Below, piece by piece: positions 1 to 10,142 of a stretch of DNA of 20,863 nucleotides. The notes beneath the pieces are model-generated. The model saw only the letters and a program-made list of their open reading frames with translations, was not told the origin of the DNA and did not search any database. How positions within the stretch are numbered: the first letter of the stretch is position 1; each line of letters opens with the position of its first letter. Source of the stretch: Welwitschia mirabilis (Eukaryota); the NCBI GenBank assembly GCA_051453625.1, contig JBOZIK010000001.1, positions 48,155,294 to 48,176,156 of the forward strand. Reading direction: 5' to 3'. The position numbers and the translations under genes were made by a program.

Positions 1-440
1 ATTTGGTTAAAAGTTTTTCAAAAATTTTACTAGTAAAGTGAGTTCCTCTATCAAATGTAATATTTGAGGAACTCCAAATCAGTAGATGATATTCCTAAGG
101 AAAAAGTTAATTATAATTTGTAAAGAACAATTAGTCATAGCCTTAGCCTTAGCCCACTTAGTAAAGTAATAAACACAGATCAGAATGTACTTTTTCCCAA
201 AGGATAAGGAATTGATAGTTCCAAAAAAATCTATTCCCTAAACATCAAAGGATTCAACTATTTGAATACCTTATAACCTTTGGTTAAATGTGCCTTCTCT
301 TTGACATTTGTTACAACTTTAGACATACTTATTTGCATCTTTGAAGATGGTGGGCTAATAATATCTCATATGGAATATTTTCATTCCTGTTCTGTTTGCA
401 TCGTAATGTCCTTCTCCTTCTCCTTCATGAGCTTCTTTTG
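1..440 (-). pseudogene. Integrase remnant: HHCC zinc finger and start of the catalytic core
   Basis: Manual translation gives AHEGEGEGHYDANRTGMKI...YY*PTIFKDANKYV*SCNKCQR, then VESFDV*GIDFFG...KYILICVYYFTKWAKA...FGVPQ..FDRGTHF, matching gypsy integrase consensus. Confidence 0.9.
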
Positions 441-719
441 AAATTTCCTCTTGTAAGTTCTCATCTACACAACTTCTAATGACATGATCCTTGTATTCTC
501 TAAATAACATTTTATCATATCAAATATAATCTTAGGTTTCTTCAATAATATTTTTATCTTGTAATAAATCATAAAAGAGGGTAATCTTTTACTTTTAAGA
601 AATTTACCAATTTCAACATACCACAAATTTATGGATACTTGAAAAAGATGTTCATCCAGAAATTCATCTCTAATGTTGATTTGCAATTTTTTGGAAACTC
701 TAAATTTGATAAGTAATCT

Positions 720-1085
720 AATATCACATTATCTATTTCTTTTCTATCAATTATTTTCAAATCAAACTCTTGCATTAATAATATCCATCTCATAATTCAT
801 GAGTTTGCTTCCTTTTTATTTATTAAAAATCTAATGATATTATGATTAGTATGAACTTTCACTTCATGACCCAATATATAATATCTAAATTTCTCTAATG
901 ATATCACTACTACTAGCATTTTTTTTCTATTATTGTATAATTTTATTGAGCTGGGTTGAATTTCTTGCTTATATACGCAATGGCATAAGTTTTTTGTCAT
1001 TATCTTTTTGTCCTAAAACTACTTCCATAGCATGCTTAGATGCATCAATCATAATGTGGAATGGTCTTGTCTAATTTGGCCCCTA
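720..1085 (-). pseudogene. Ty3/gypsy RNase H remnant
   Basis: PN*TRPFHIMIDASKHAMEVVLGQKD, then KMLVVVISLEKFRYYILGHEVKVHTNH (ORF 797-1000), then RWILLMQEFDL. Confidence 0.9.
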
Positions 1086-1179
1086 CAACATAGATACTAA
1101 TAAATGTTTATCTTTTAGAGTTTGATAGGCATTCTGACATTTGTTAATCCAATCATATTCTACATATTTTTGTAGGAGA

Positions 1180-1920
1180 TTACTCAAAGGTTTAGCAATT
1201 TTACTGAAGTTGAATATGAATCTTCTGTAGTATCTAACCTATCCTAAAAAATATCTTAACTCTTTTAGTTTGGTTAAGGGTGGAATATCTTTGATAGATT
1301 TAATTTTCTATTAGTTAGTTTCAATTACCTTCTTAGATATTTTATGTCCTAACACTATGTCTTCTATCACCATAAGATGACTTTTCAACCAAATAATTCT
1401 AAGGCATTTTTCTTCACATCTTTCCAAGAATGTTTCCCATTTGTTAAGTAATTATTCAAAATATTTTTTAAATGTTGAAAAATCATTCATAAAAACTTTG
1501 ATCAATCTTTCTAACATGTCTTAAAAAATATTATTTACTAATCTCTAAAAAGTAGCAGGAGCATTACATAGTATAAATGGAAGTACTTTATAAGCATAAT
1601 TGGCTTGATCTTCTAAAGTTATAGGTACCTGCTTGTAACTGCTATACCCATCTAGAAAGTTATAGTATCGATGTCCAGATACTCCTTTTAAAACTTGATC
1701 AATAAATGGAAGAAGAAAATGATCTTTATAGGTCACTGTATTTAGCATTCTAAAGTCTATACACACTCTCTATTTATTTGCTTTCATTTGTACTACTATT
1801 ATAGGGATAATCCATTTTGGATCAGATATGGGATGGATAAATCCTACCTTTAAGAGTTTAGAAATTTCTTATTTAATTACTTCCTACATATGTGGGTTAC
1901 ACCTTCTTTCTAGTTGCCGA
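1180..1920 (-). pseudogene. Reverse transcriptase remnant
   Basis: ERRCNPHM*EVIK*EISKLLKVGFIHPISD...RVCIDFRMLN...KDHFLLPFIDQVL...FLDGYSSYKQV...PFILCNAPATF (ORF 1545-1766). The catalytic motif has decayed to VFMNDFS near 1480-1497. Confidence 0.93.
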
Positions 1921-2259
1921 CTTGATTTTCTAAAAGTATCTAAGTAGATTCTTTTAAGTCTTTTATTCTAAGAATAAGTTAAATAGCTACTTATGATTAA
2001 AGGTCTATTTGAAGCTACCTTAATATACTCTAATCCTTCCTTAAGAGGAGGTTTTCCTATTTTTTAAGTTACTAGATATTGTTATTCCTATTTCTCTTCA
2101 TTTTATTTTTTTAACATTATATTAACTACTTGAGTTAAAATTACATTGGCTCTTGCCTCAGTGTTATATACCATTTTTTCAAAAACCACTACATCAAAAA
2201 GCTTAATTTCTTTTTTAACATCTCCAAGACTATTTTTCATTAACCCTCTTTTAGAGTAG

Positions 2260-2600
2260 ATAGTAGCATCTATAGTAGTTATTTATAATCTTCCAAGAAT
2301 TAATGTGTGGATATCTCCTTAAGTTTTCATGACCAGTGAGTCTATTAAATAATAAAACGTTATAGTTCTATAGGTATGTCTTTTAAAACTCCTTTTAGCA
2401 TAACTGCTGAGCTATCTACTAGGTGAACTTTCCATTGGTAAGGCATTAGTTTTGGTTTTCATAATTCCTCATAGGTTTCAAAAGCCATCATCTTAATACT
2501 TACTTTAAGATCTATAAGTGATTCAACCTGAGTTTCCCATCTATGTTCACATCAATCATAAGTGTTTTGGAATTACTATACTTTTCATGTTATCTATTTT
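2260..2600 (-). pseudogene. Aspartic protease remnant
   Basis: SLIDLKVSIKMM near 2485-2520 resembles the ALxDLGASINxM motif; a downstream LILGR motif lies near 2290-2305. Confidence 0.75.
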
Positions 2601-3449
2601 AAATAACTTGTATGGAAGCCCAAGAGACTTGGTTTTTCCTTACCATTTCAATTTATTTTTATTTCTTATTTTTAGTTTTTACTTTTCTATTTTTAGCACA
2701 TGCTCTTCATTTGATTCCAATACATAGATACATATTTTAATAATTTTAAGATAGGTATTGTTATCTTTATATCTTCTAACATCCCTATTAAGTATTCTAT
2801 ATATTTCTCAACTTTTGGATGTTCTATTTGTTTACTAATCATGGAAAAGGATAAAGAATCTAACGAAGTATCATTTATAGTTTTTTTTAGTCTCTTTCTC
2901 TTCCTTATTTGAGGAGTTATTTGAATTTTCATTCTTTTTGTATCATTCATACATTGCTTTCTATTTCCCTAATCTAGTAGTTACTACTTTACTTGTCACC
3001 TATCTAGGATTTGATTGGGGTTGAGTAGAAAGTTTTCCTTATTTCTTTTCCATTTTTGATTTTTCTCTTTGGTATTTTTAGTCTCTATTTTTCTAATTTT
3101 TATAATAATCATATTGCTTCTATCTCTTCGAGTTCATCTCTTTCTACTTTTCCTTTCCATTTTTAATGTTGGTAAGGATATGGTTTCTTCCTAGTTTGAG
3201 GTTGATTACTGGAATTAAAATCTAATCTATTTATATCTAATCATTGAATAGATTTTTGTCTCAAAAGGACATTTTGTCTCATTCTGATTATCTTCTCTAT
3301 AGTGTTCACATGTAGGTCATTCTTCTTATTTAAAATGTTGCATAGCTAACTTATAAAATTTTTCTACCATAATATCAATCACTTTTTTACCTACTTCTTC
3401 CATAATACTGATTTGTTTCAAGCTATGTACATTACTTTCTGGTTTTAGT

Positions 3450-4060
3450 GTGCATACTTCATTTATTTTCTTCTTCTTCTCATTTTTTTAATCCCATCCT
3501 TGACTCATATTATAGAATTGCATAATGGCTTCTCCCAATTCTTAAACATTTTTAGTTTTAATGCTTCCTTGGGATAACAAATCTAATTCCTTTAATGTTT
3601 GACTTTATAATCCTTTAAGCAAGGCTCTAACTTATTGCCTAGCTATGATTCCATGATTAGGACATTTAACTAGCAATATGTTGTACCTATCCATGATCTT
3701 ATCAAATCTTTTATTGTCTCATGGATTGAAATTTATCTAGATAAGCACTTTTAAGGGTTCTCCATGAACTAAAAGCATGGTTAGAATTCCTATAATACCA
3801 TAATTGAGCATCTCCTTTTAGAGAAAAAGAAAAATATGTAAGATAGTCAGATTTTGTATCAAGGTAATTAGCTTTTCAAAAAGCATCAAATAAGCTCAGG
3901 TGTAATAGAGGTTCTTTTGGCTTCTTTCCTTCAAAAGTGGGTATTGTGGTGTATTTATATTTCTTATTTTGTCTGGCTACTATAGGGTTGTGGGGTCGAT
4001 AGGACTCAAATCATTTATCTAGTAGGTATCATGATTCAAAGGTCTTGAATCTCCATCATC
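3450..4060 (-). pseudogene. Retrotransposon gag remnant
   Basis: IPTFEGK...PLLHL and YFSFSLKGDAQLWYY (about 3790-3840) are typical retrotransposon gag motifs. Boundaries approximate. Confidence 0.78.
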
Positions 4061-4405
4061 TTCCCAATAACATCCTATTATTAATTTCTCTTTAGGCTTT
4101 TTAACTTGAACTTTTTTAGAAGATTCTCTTAGTGATCTAGATAATGCTAGAATGCTATGCATTCATTACTCAAATTCACTCATTAGTTTAGGAAAGATTT
4201 GGTCTCTTACCATCCTTGCTAAAGTTACATCGTCTTTCATAAAATCATCATCTTTTATTTCTAATTTAATAACATCTTTACTTTATGCATTTAAACCATA
4301 TTTCTTTGGGTTTTTAATCTACTTTCCTTTTTAATCTCATCATCTTCTATGACTATCTTATTGCATAGTACTTTACGTCATTATTACTAGTTGGCTTTAA
4401 AGCTA

Positions 4406-4423
4406 GCCCTCCTTCTAGCACCA
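4406..4423 (-). promoter_or_regulatory. Primer-binding site complementary to the tRNA-Asn(GUU) 3' end
   Basis: Plus strand GCCCTCCTTCTAGCACCA matches the plant tRNA-Asn 3' end as I recall it (..CCCTCCTTCTAGCG-CCA) with one CpG transition. It lies 2 nt from the LTR terminus at 4426. Confidence 0.8.
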
Positions 4424-4425
4424 AA

Positions 4426-5383
4426 TGATTGGTGAATTATGTTATAAAATGAATGCAGAAATTAGTACAAAATATTACTAGAAACTATAAAAAATGCCAG
4501 AAATTATAGAAACTATATTACTGTTAACTTATAATAAGCACACATTATTAAAAATAAAAATACATAAAGGCTTATTAAAGAACTAGTTACGACTTAATCA
4601 TTTAGTTCAAAATTTATCATCACAATAGTCTTATGATGAAGTTACTTGAACTAGCCAGGTTATTTATTAAAACCAATCTACTATATAAATATAATACATC
4701 AAGAAGGAACAGAGAAAGAAATAAATCATAAATGAAGTTAAATGACCTACTGATCAATATTTATTGCTAAGCATTGAAATTATCCTAGTTTATGTTCATC
4801 TACATAAACATGAGTGAGATAGAAGTAATATTACTTTTTCAAGTAATAAAAAATGCATACAATGATATTCAAATGCTTTTCAGATTTTATATTGAAATAC
4901 TAATTATACATAAAGATCAGGAACAAATGTGTTCTCCTTTTCAAGTAACACTATGAAATGTGGAAAAGTGATACCGGTACCTTTGTAGGTGAGCTAGAGT
5001 TCCCTTACTTAACCTTTTTGCCTTGTCTATTGCTAGAACTTATGTGCCAAAAAGATCCCCACCTTTAGTGGTGCTCATGTTTTTATACCATAATTAGTTT
5101 TTTAGTTTCTTTTCTTTGCTCCTTAGGAATAGGCAAGTGGTTGAGGTTGTTATGCTGATTCACTCCTCAACCTTCTCTCTCATCTTCATGTCACTTGGCA
5201 TCTTGTACCTAAAATACAATAATGAAATATACATACTAATATACTAACATACTAACTACTAACCTATTTATTAGTAGGTATAAAGATAATTAAAAACATC
5301 TATTTTCTGATGAAGTATATAGTTGACATAAGAAAAAATATTTCATTAATAAGTAAATTACTATATAAAATTTAGCTTCATCA
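4426..5383 (-). repeat. 5' LTR of the left Athila-like element (about 958 bp)
   Basis: The inner end is fixed by the PBS. The outer end is inferred from TGAT...ATCA termini (minus strand starts TGATGAAGCTAAATTT). The partner LTR is outside the window. Confidence 0.6.
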
Positions 5384-6406
5384 TGAACTAAAAGAGGTAA
5401 TAGAAATAAATTATATTTAAATGAATTATCTACATCTCAAGGAATTAATTAAGTTTTACATATTGGATTCATAATACTAAGGCACATAGAAGTTATTATT
5501 TGATTTTTATCAAAATCTGAGTAGTTCAACCAAAGACATCTCCAATGTTAAAGATGTCTGTCCAACAAGGGCTATCTACCATTTTAAATATATATATCCT
5601 AAAAATTTGTGAAAAATACAATAGTCTTTAAATGCCCAAAGCTCAGTCCTTTCTATCCATTTTATAACAATTACATGTTTTCAATAGCTATCTATATAGG
5701 GCAATAGTAAGAAAGACATTAAACATATAAAGGTCATAAAGAGAGAAGACAAAGAAAAAGAAGACATGTATAAGTGATTAATACTACATATGAAGCTTTT
5801 AGCTATCTTTTGCAAAGAACTATTTAGTGAATACATCATTTGATCATTGATTCTTATAAAGCTACATCACTCTGATCATTGACACTCGTGGGTGACAACA
5901 ATAAGGAAGAACTCAAATACTTCATTAAAAAGACATCTTTTCATGCTTATTGTTTCATTTATTATCATTGTTTATTATAAGTTAGATTATAGGACTATCA
6001 AATTTTTTAATACACTCAGTATAGTCCATTTCTTATTTTCAATCTTAGGATCCCTTGCTATGGTTTTCATATTATAAGGTAATCCTTATATGGGTGTGCT
6101 TCTGTAAGTGCTTGTAAGCACATTTTGTATTTTCAATATATTGAATATCCTTGAGGAGAAAGAGTGTTGCTTTAAAAGAAGTATCTCAATTGTATGTAGG
6201 ATTTATGATGCTCTAAAACCACTGTTTTGTAGGTTAAGAATATTCAGAGGTATGATAGGAAGCTACCCTTTATGTGTGAACATACCCAAGTTGGAGAACC
6301 ACATTAATTTGATAAGGTATTTATTATATAATTTTTAATTTATTTTAGTAGAATTTATTTTTTGTAGACTTCATTCATCCCTCCCTTCTAAGTTCAATGA
6401 TTCTCA
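5384..6406 (+). mobile_element. Probable Sirevirus (SIRE, Ty1/copia)-type LTR remnant, either solo or 3' LTR
   Basis: CpG-decayed palindromes AGACATCT/AGATGTCT (5534-5559), TATA box CTATATAGG near 5692, a CATACCCAAGTTGGAGAACCAC block near 6281-6302, and C-rich ATTCATCCCTCCCTTCT (6373-6389) just before a TCA end. No PBS follows. Confidence 0.5.
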
Positions 6407-8578
6407 ACTACTAAGCTGAAAACTCTTACAAACATGCACATTCAAAGTAATATAAAGGAAAAAGGTAAAAGATGTATAAGTAACATAACTTAAGGCTACT
6501 AATAGAAACTTACCTTAGATACTCAAATTTCCTATAAAATTTTATATCATAATTTTCTATAATTTAAAACATTAATTATACCATTTTTAGACTCTAAAGA
6601 GACATCATAATTAAAAATTAAAAATTAATTAATTATGAAGTGAAAAATAAATTATAGTAATTTTTCATAAACTAGACTTATAATAAGATTATTAGAAACT
6701 AACTTAAGCTATATTGGAGTTCTAAAAATATTATTTCTAAGGTCATGATTTAAAATTAAAAACTATTAAATTTTCTAAAATTACAGTCTAGCGCACAACA
6801 CTAAAATGACTATAACTTTTAAAATACTTTGAGTTTTTAATGATTCAAAATGTGTTGGAAATCTTATTTAAATTCTTACAATTTAAGTGACTTAAATTTT
6901 CAAATATCTTAACTATTAGTTACAAAAAAGTAAATTATTTGCTTACTATTTTTTGCCTCCATTTTCTAATGTATTTTAACGAACAAATTTTTAGAAAATT
7001 ACAGCACATCATAAAATTTACTATTTTTAGTTTTTCATAATCATAACATAATTTTAAATGTATATAAAAACGTTTACTACTTTATATCTACTAATTAATA
7101 AGTTATAGTGTTTTAAACTTATGCCTCTATTCTAGAAATTTAACTTTGGTTATAAGAAATATGGTAAAGTTTCTACAAGCAGTTATGAAATATTTTAAAT
7201 CAGTAAATTAATGAATATAATAGCTGAACTACTTATCCACAAAATACCTTAACTAAATTTACTAATTCAAATCAATTTAAAGAGAAAAATCAATTCAATT
7301 CAATAAAAACTATATACTATAAGCCTTAGGATTACCATGAAAGAGTACTAATCTAAAAGATATTCTTTCTTTTCTATCTAAATAAAGAAAATATTATTTT
7401 CTTTTTATTTTAATAATAATAACAATATTAAAATGTATCAAATAATATCTTAATAATGTACTTAAATAAATTAAAACATACCTAGAGCTATGCTAATCCT
7501 AGAAACAATCTTTCATGCTCATATAACAATCTTCATGGATTGGTGTAAAGAAAGTAAACAAAAGAAAGTATAGCTCAAGCATAATTATTAAGATGTAAAT
7601 ATTCATCAAAGATTTCATATGGCAATATTTTAAGTCAAATAAAAAAATGATAATCTAGAGACTACTTATGTTACTTGAACTATTAAGGTAAAAACTCTTA
7701 TAAGCATGCACATTCAAAATATGCTAAAGAAAAAGGGTAAAAAAAGTATTTTTACAAATAAATACCATTTATAGGTAATTTAATTTAAATTTAATGATAT
7801 AAAAATATTTAATATACTCAATTTCCCTTTAAAAAGTTGTGTAATAACTTTTTTATAACTTCTAACATTAATTATAACATGTTTGAACTCTAAGGAGACA
7901 TCACAGTTAAAAATTAATAATTAATTAATTATAAAGTAAAAAATAAATTTATTAGTTTTTTAGAAACTAGAAACATAATAGAATTCTCAAAATCTAACTT
8001 AAACTATCTTATAATTCTAAAAATATTGTTTTTAAGATTTTCATTTAAGGTTAAAGACTGTTAAATTTCTAAAATTACAGTCCTACTACACTACATTAAA
8101 ATGACGATAACTTTCAAACTACTTTGAGTTTTCAAATGATTCAAGATGTTTCAGAAAACTTATTCAATTTCCTATAATTTATAATACTCAATTATGTAAC
8201 TAGTTTAATAGATAGCTATAGAAACATAAATTAATTGCTTACTATTTTTTGCATTTATTTTCTAATGTATTATAAGAAATAAATTTGTTAAAAGCAATCA
8301 CACATTANNNNNNNNNNNNNNNNNNNNNNNNNNNNNNNNNNNNNNNNNNNNNNNNNNNNNNNNNNNNNNNNNNNNNNNNNNNNNNNNTAATTAATAAGAT
8401 ATAATATTTTTATTCTATGCCTCTATTCTGGAAATTTAAGTTTTGCCACAACAAAAATATGGTAAAGCTTTTATAACTAGTTAAACAATAACTTAGATCA
8501 TTAAAATAATGGATATAATAACTAATTACGTATAGAAAGAAAAGTCATTATAAAAAGAAAAATAAAATCAATTTAAAA
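6407..8578. repeat. Diverged tandem duplication, period about 1.27 kb (6407-~7285 vs 7678-~8578)
   Basis: Colinear anchors: AAAACTCTTA..CATGCACATTCAAA (6419/7692), ACTCTAA.GAGACATCA (6591/7887), TTTCTAAAATTACAGTC (6772/8066), TATGCCTCTATTCT (7120/8416). Confidence 0.9.
8308..8387. other. Assembly gap (80 N)
   Basis: Run of N. The flanks remain colinear with the upstream duplicate copy. Confidence 0.99.
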
Positions 8579-8592
8579 GAATTATTGTGAAA

Positions 8593-8648
8593 GAACTTGA
8601 ACTCATAACCTATGATTTAATAGTCGCTTCACTTAACCATTCATGCAA
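8593..8648 (-). pseudogene. tRNA-like relic (degenerate A and B boxes), not a functional tRNA
   Basis: Minus strand TTGCATGAATGGTTAAG...CTATTAA...AGGTTATGAGTTCAAGTTC has box A- and box B-like motifs at tRNA spacing. The stems do not pair properly. Confidence 0.35.
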
Positions 8649-8649
8649 G

Positions 8650-9172
8650 AACCAAGTGCCCTTACACAACTCAAGCACATAAAACTCATGGAATAGTAAA
8701 TCTACTTATTTAACATTCTTGGTTTTAGGTAAGAGTGCGTGCATTTCTTCAAATTCTCATTTATTTCAAAATGCATAAAATCTATTAATTACATAACATA
8801 AAGAAAGAAATACTTATTCATAATATAGTACTACTATCACATTTACCATGAATTTAAATGAGTAAATAAGATGCAAAATATATTATTATGTCCTCTTGAT
8901 ATTTTCAATTTATTAGTTTTATTATGTGATTTTAATTTCTCACATAATAGGATTATCTAATTTTAAATGTTTGAATAGCTTTTCTTATAAAAACTTTCTA
9001 ACATATGTTTTTTTCATTTTTATGATAAATTATAAAAGTTATAAACTAAGTTTTATTTAAAATCACATCTTATTTGATTAGAAACTTAAATAAATATAAT
9101 TAATTATTTGACTAAAAGCTTAATATACTTAATATTCAAGTAAACAAGGTTTACAAAGTATAGGATATAATA
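8650..9172. repeat. Copy 1 of a ~0.5 kb repeat, probably the terminal part of a large gypsy-type LTR
   Basis: Colinear with 9828-9844 plus 12544-13044. Homology ends at GGATATAATA / GGATATGATA, resembling a decayed GGG..TGACA/TTACA LTR end. Confidence 0.8.
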
Positions 9173-9329
9173 CAATAGGAGTGAATAACATAATTTTATT
9201 GTATATCATAAATGGTGGTCTAATGCAAGTATTATGTTATTCTACTAAAATAGTAAAAGAGATTATATAGATCATATGAGTTAACAGATTATTTAAAAAG
9301 ATTAATAAGTCCTTGATAGTGGAATATTG

Positions 9330-9500
9330 ATGAGGATCCAAGCTCAAGAGTTCCTTCACTCCAAGCTTTTAAGGTCCAAGCTCCATAAGTAAGGGAATGA
9401 AAAAAAAAGAGAGAAAATAAGGAAATTTACTTGTATGAAAAAATGGGAAGTATCTCCTTTTTGAAAGAGAGGAAAGAATATCTATATATAGATAGATAAA
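9330..9500 (-). promoter_or_regulatory. Possible LTR promoter region (TATA followed by a CT-rich tract)
   Basis: CTATATATAG at 9482-9491, followed on the minus strand by pyrimidine-rich tracts. The LTR assignment is inferred only. Confidence 0.3.
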
Positions 9501-9844
9501 GACACATAGCTAAAGACCACAAAATTACATGATTTTGCATTAATAAGTGGAATGGTTAATGACTAAAATTAAAATACAAAAAGAGATCATATTTATGACT
9601 CATGCACCTAACTAGGATGAGTAATCTTCTTGATTTAATTAGCAAGGTTAATTATATGTATTATTTCCTCATGATAGATCCTTCTTAATCCTTTATAGAT
9701 TCATAAATAAGTTTAATTCATCTAAGACATGCACAAAAAGAATAAATGCATAAATTTCAAAATTGTCATGTGGCATAATGAGATAAACTCTTTAATTCTA
9801 ATGAATAAAATAATAAGTATTCTATAAATCAAGTGCCCATATAT

Positions 9845-10128
9845 TATTAGGTTTTATTTTTTTAAGTGCATGTTTATTTAAGTAAACTAGATAATTAGAA
9901 TGCCCACATGCATTATTTCTATTTTTTAGGCTTTAGTATTAGTTAAGATGCATTTTTTTTGGATGTAGGTCCTTGCTTACAAGATATGGTTAACACCAAT
10001 TTTGGCATGAATTATTGTATAAATATTATTATTTTTAATGAAATATTTGAACTAGTTTAAATGATTTATCCATGGCTCCATGTGGATGCTCCCATAGCTT
10101 CTAGCTATAGGATCATTCTAATCCTACA
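9845..10128 (+). repeat. 5' LTR (284 bp)
   Basis: Starts TATTAGG (decayed TG..) and ends GGATCATTCTAATCCTACA. Homologous to 12294-12543. Confidence 0.88.
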
Positions 10129-10130
10129 AA

Positions 10131-10142
10131 TGATATTAGAGC
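10131..10142 (+). promoter_or_regulatory. Primer-binding site, tRNA-iMet type
   Basis: TGATATTAGAGC versus canonical TGGTATCAGAGC (two transitions), 2 nt after the LTR end. Confidence 0.85.

Larger units (their letters stand above)
1..5383 (-). mobile_element. Decayed Athila-like (non-chromovirus) Ty3/gypsy LTR retrotransposon, 5' part; continues past the left edge of the window
   Basis: The minus strand shows the gypsy order LTR, PBS, gag, protease, RT, RNase H, integrase. RT, RNase H and integrase motifs resemble Athila-type elements, with no room for an extra archaeal-type RNase H. Many stops and frameshifts. Confidence 0.9.

Noticed and set aside
2518..2727. Plus-strand 69-aa ORF
   Set aside because: Antisense shadow of the decayed gag-protease region, with low-complexity F/I/S composition.
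4152..4334. Plus-strand 60-aa ORF
   Set aside because: Antisense to the leader/gag start of the left element; no recognisable motif.
5892..6338. Two short ORFs (61 and 76 aa), one hydrophobic
   Set aside because: They lie inside an LTR-like segment, use non-ATG starts, and the hydrophobicity follows from T-richness.
5384..6396. Alternative solo-LTR boundaries TGAACT...AGTTCA
   Set aside because: The flanks CATCA and ATGAT are not a direct TSD, and host-repeat homology resumes at 6407, favouring an end near 6406. The boundary remains uncertain.
4641..7682. Exact 13-mer GTTACTTGAACTA at 4641 and 7670
   Set aside because: No flanking homology; compatible with chance in 20 kb of AT-rich sequence.
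9479..9494. 16-bp perfect palindrome TATCTATATATAGATA
   Set aside because: Built around a TA run in AT-rich DNA; explained as a TATA-like element.
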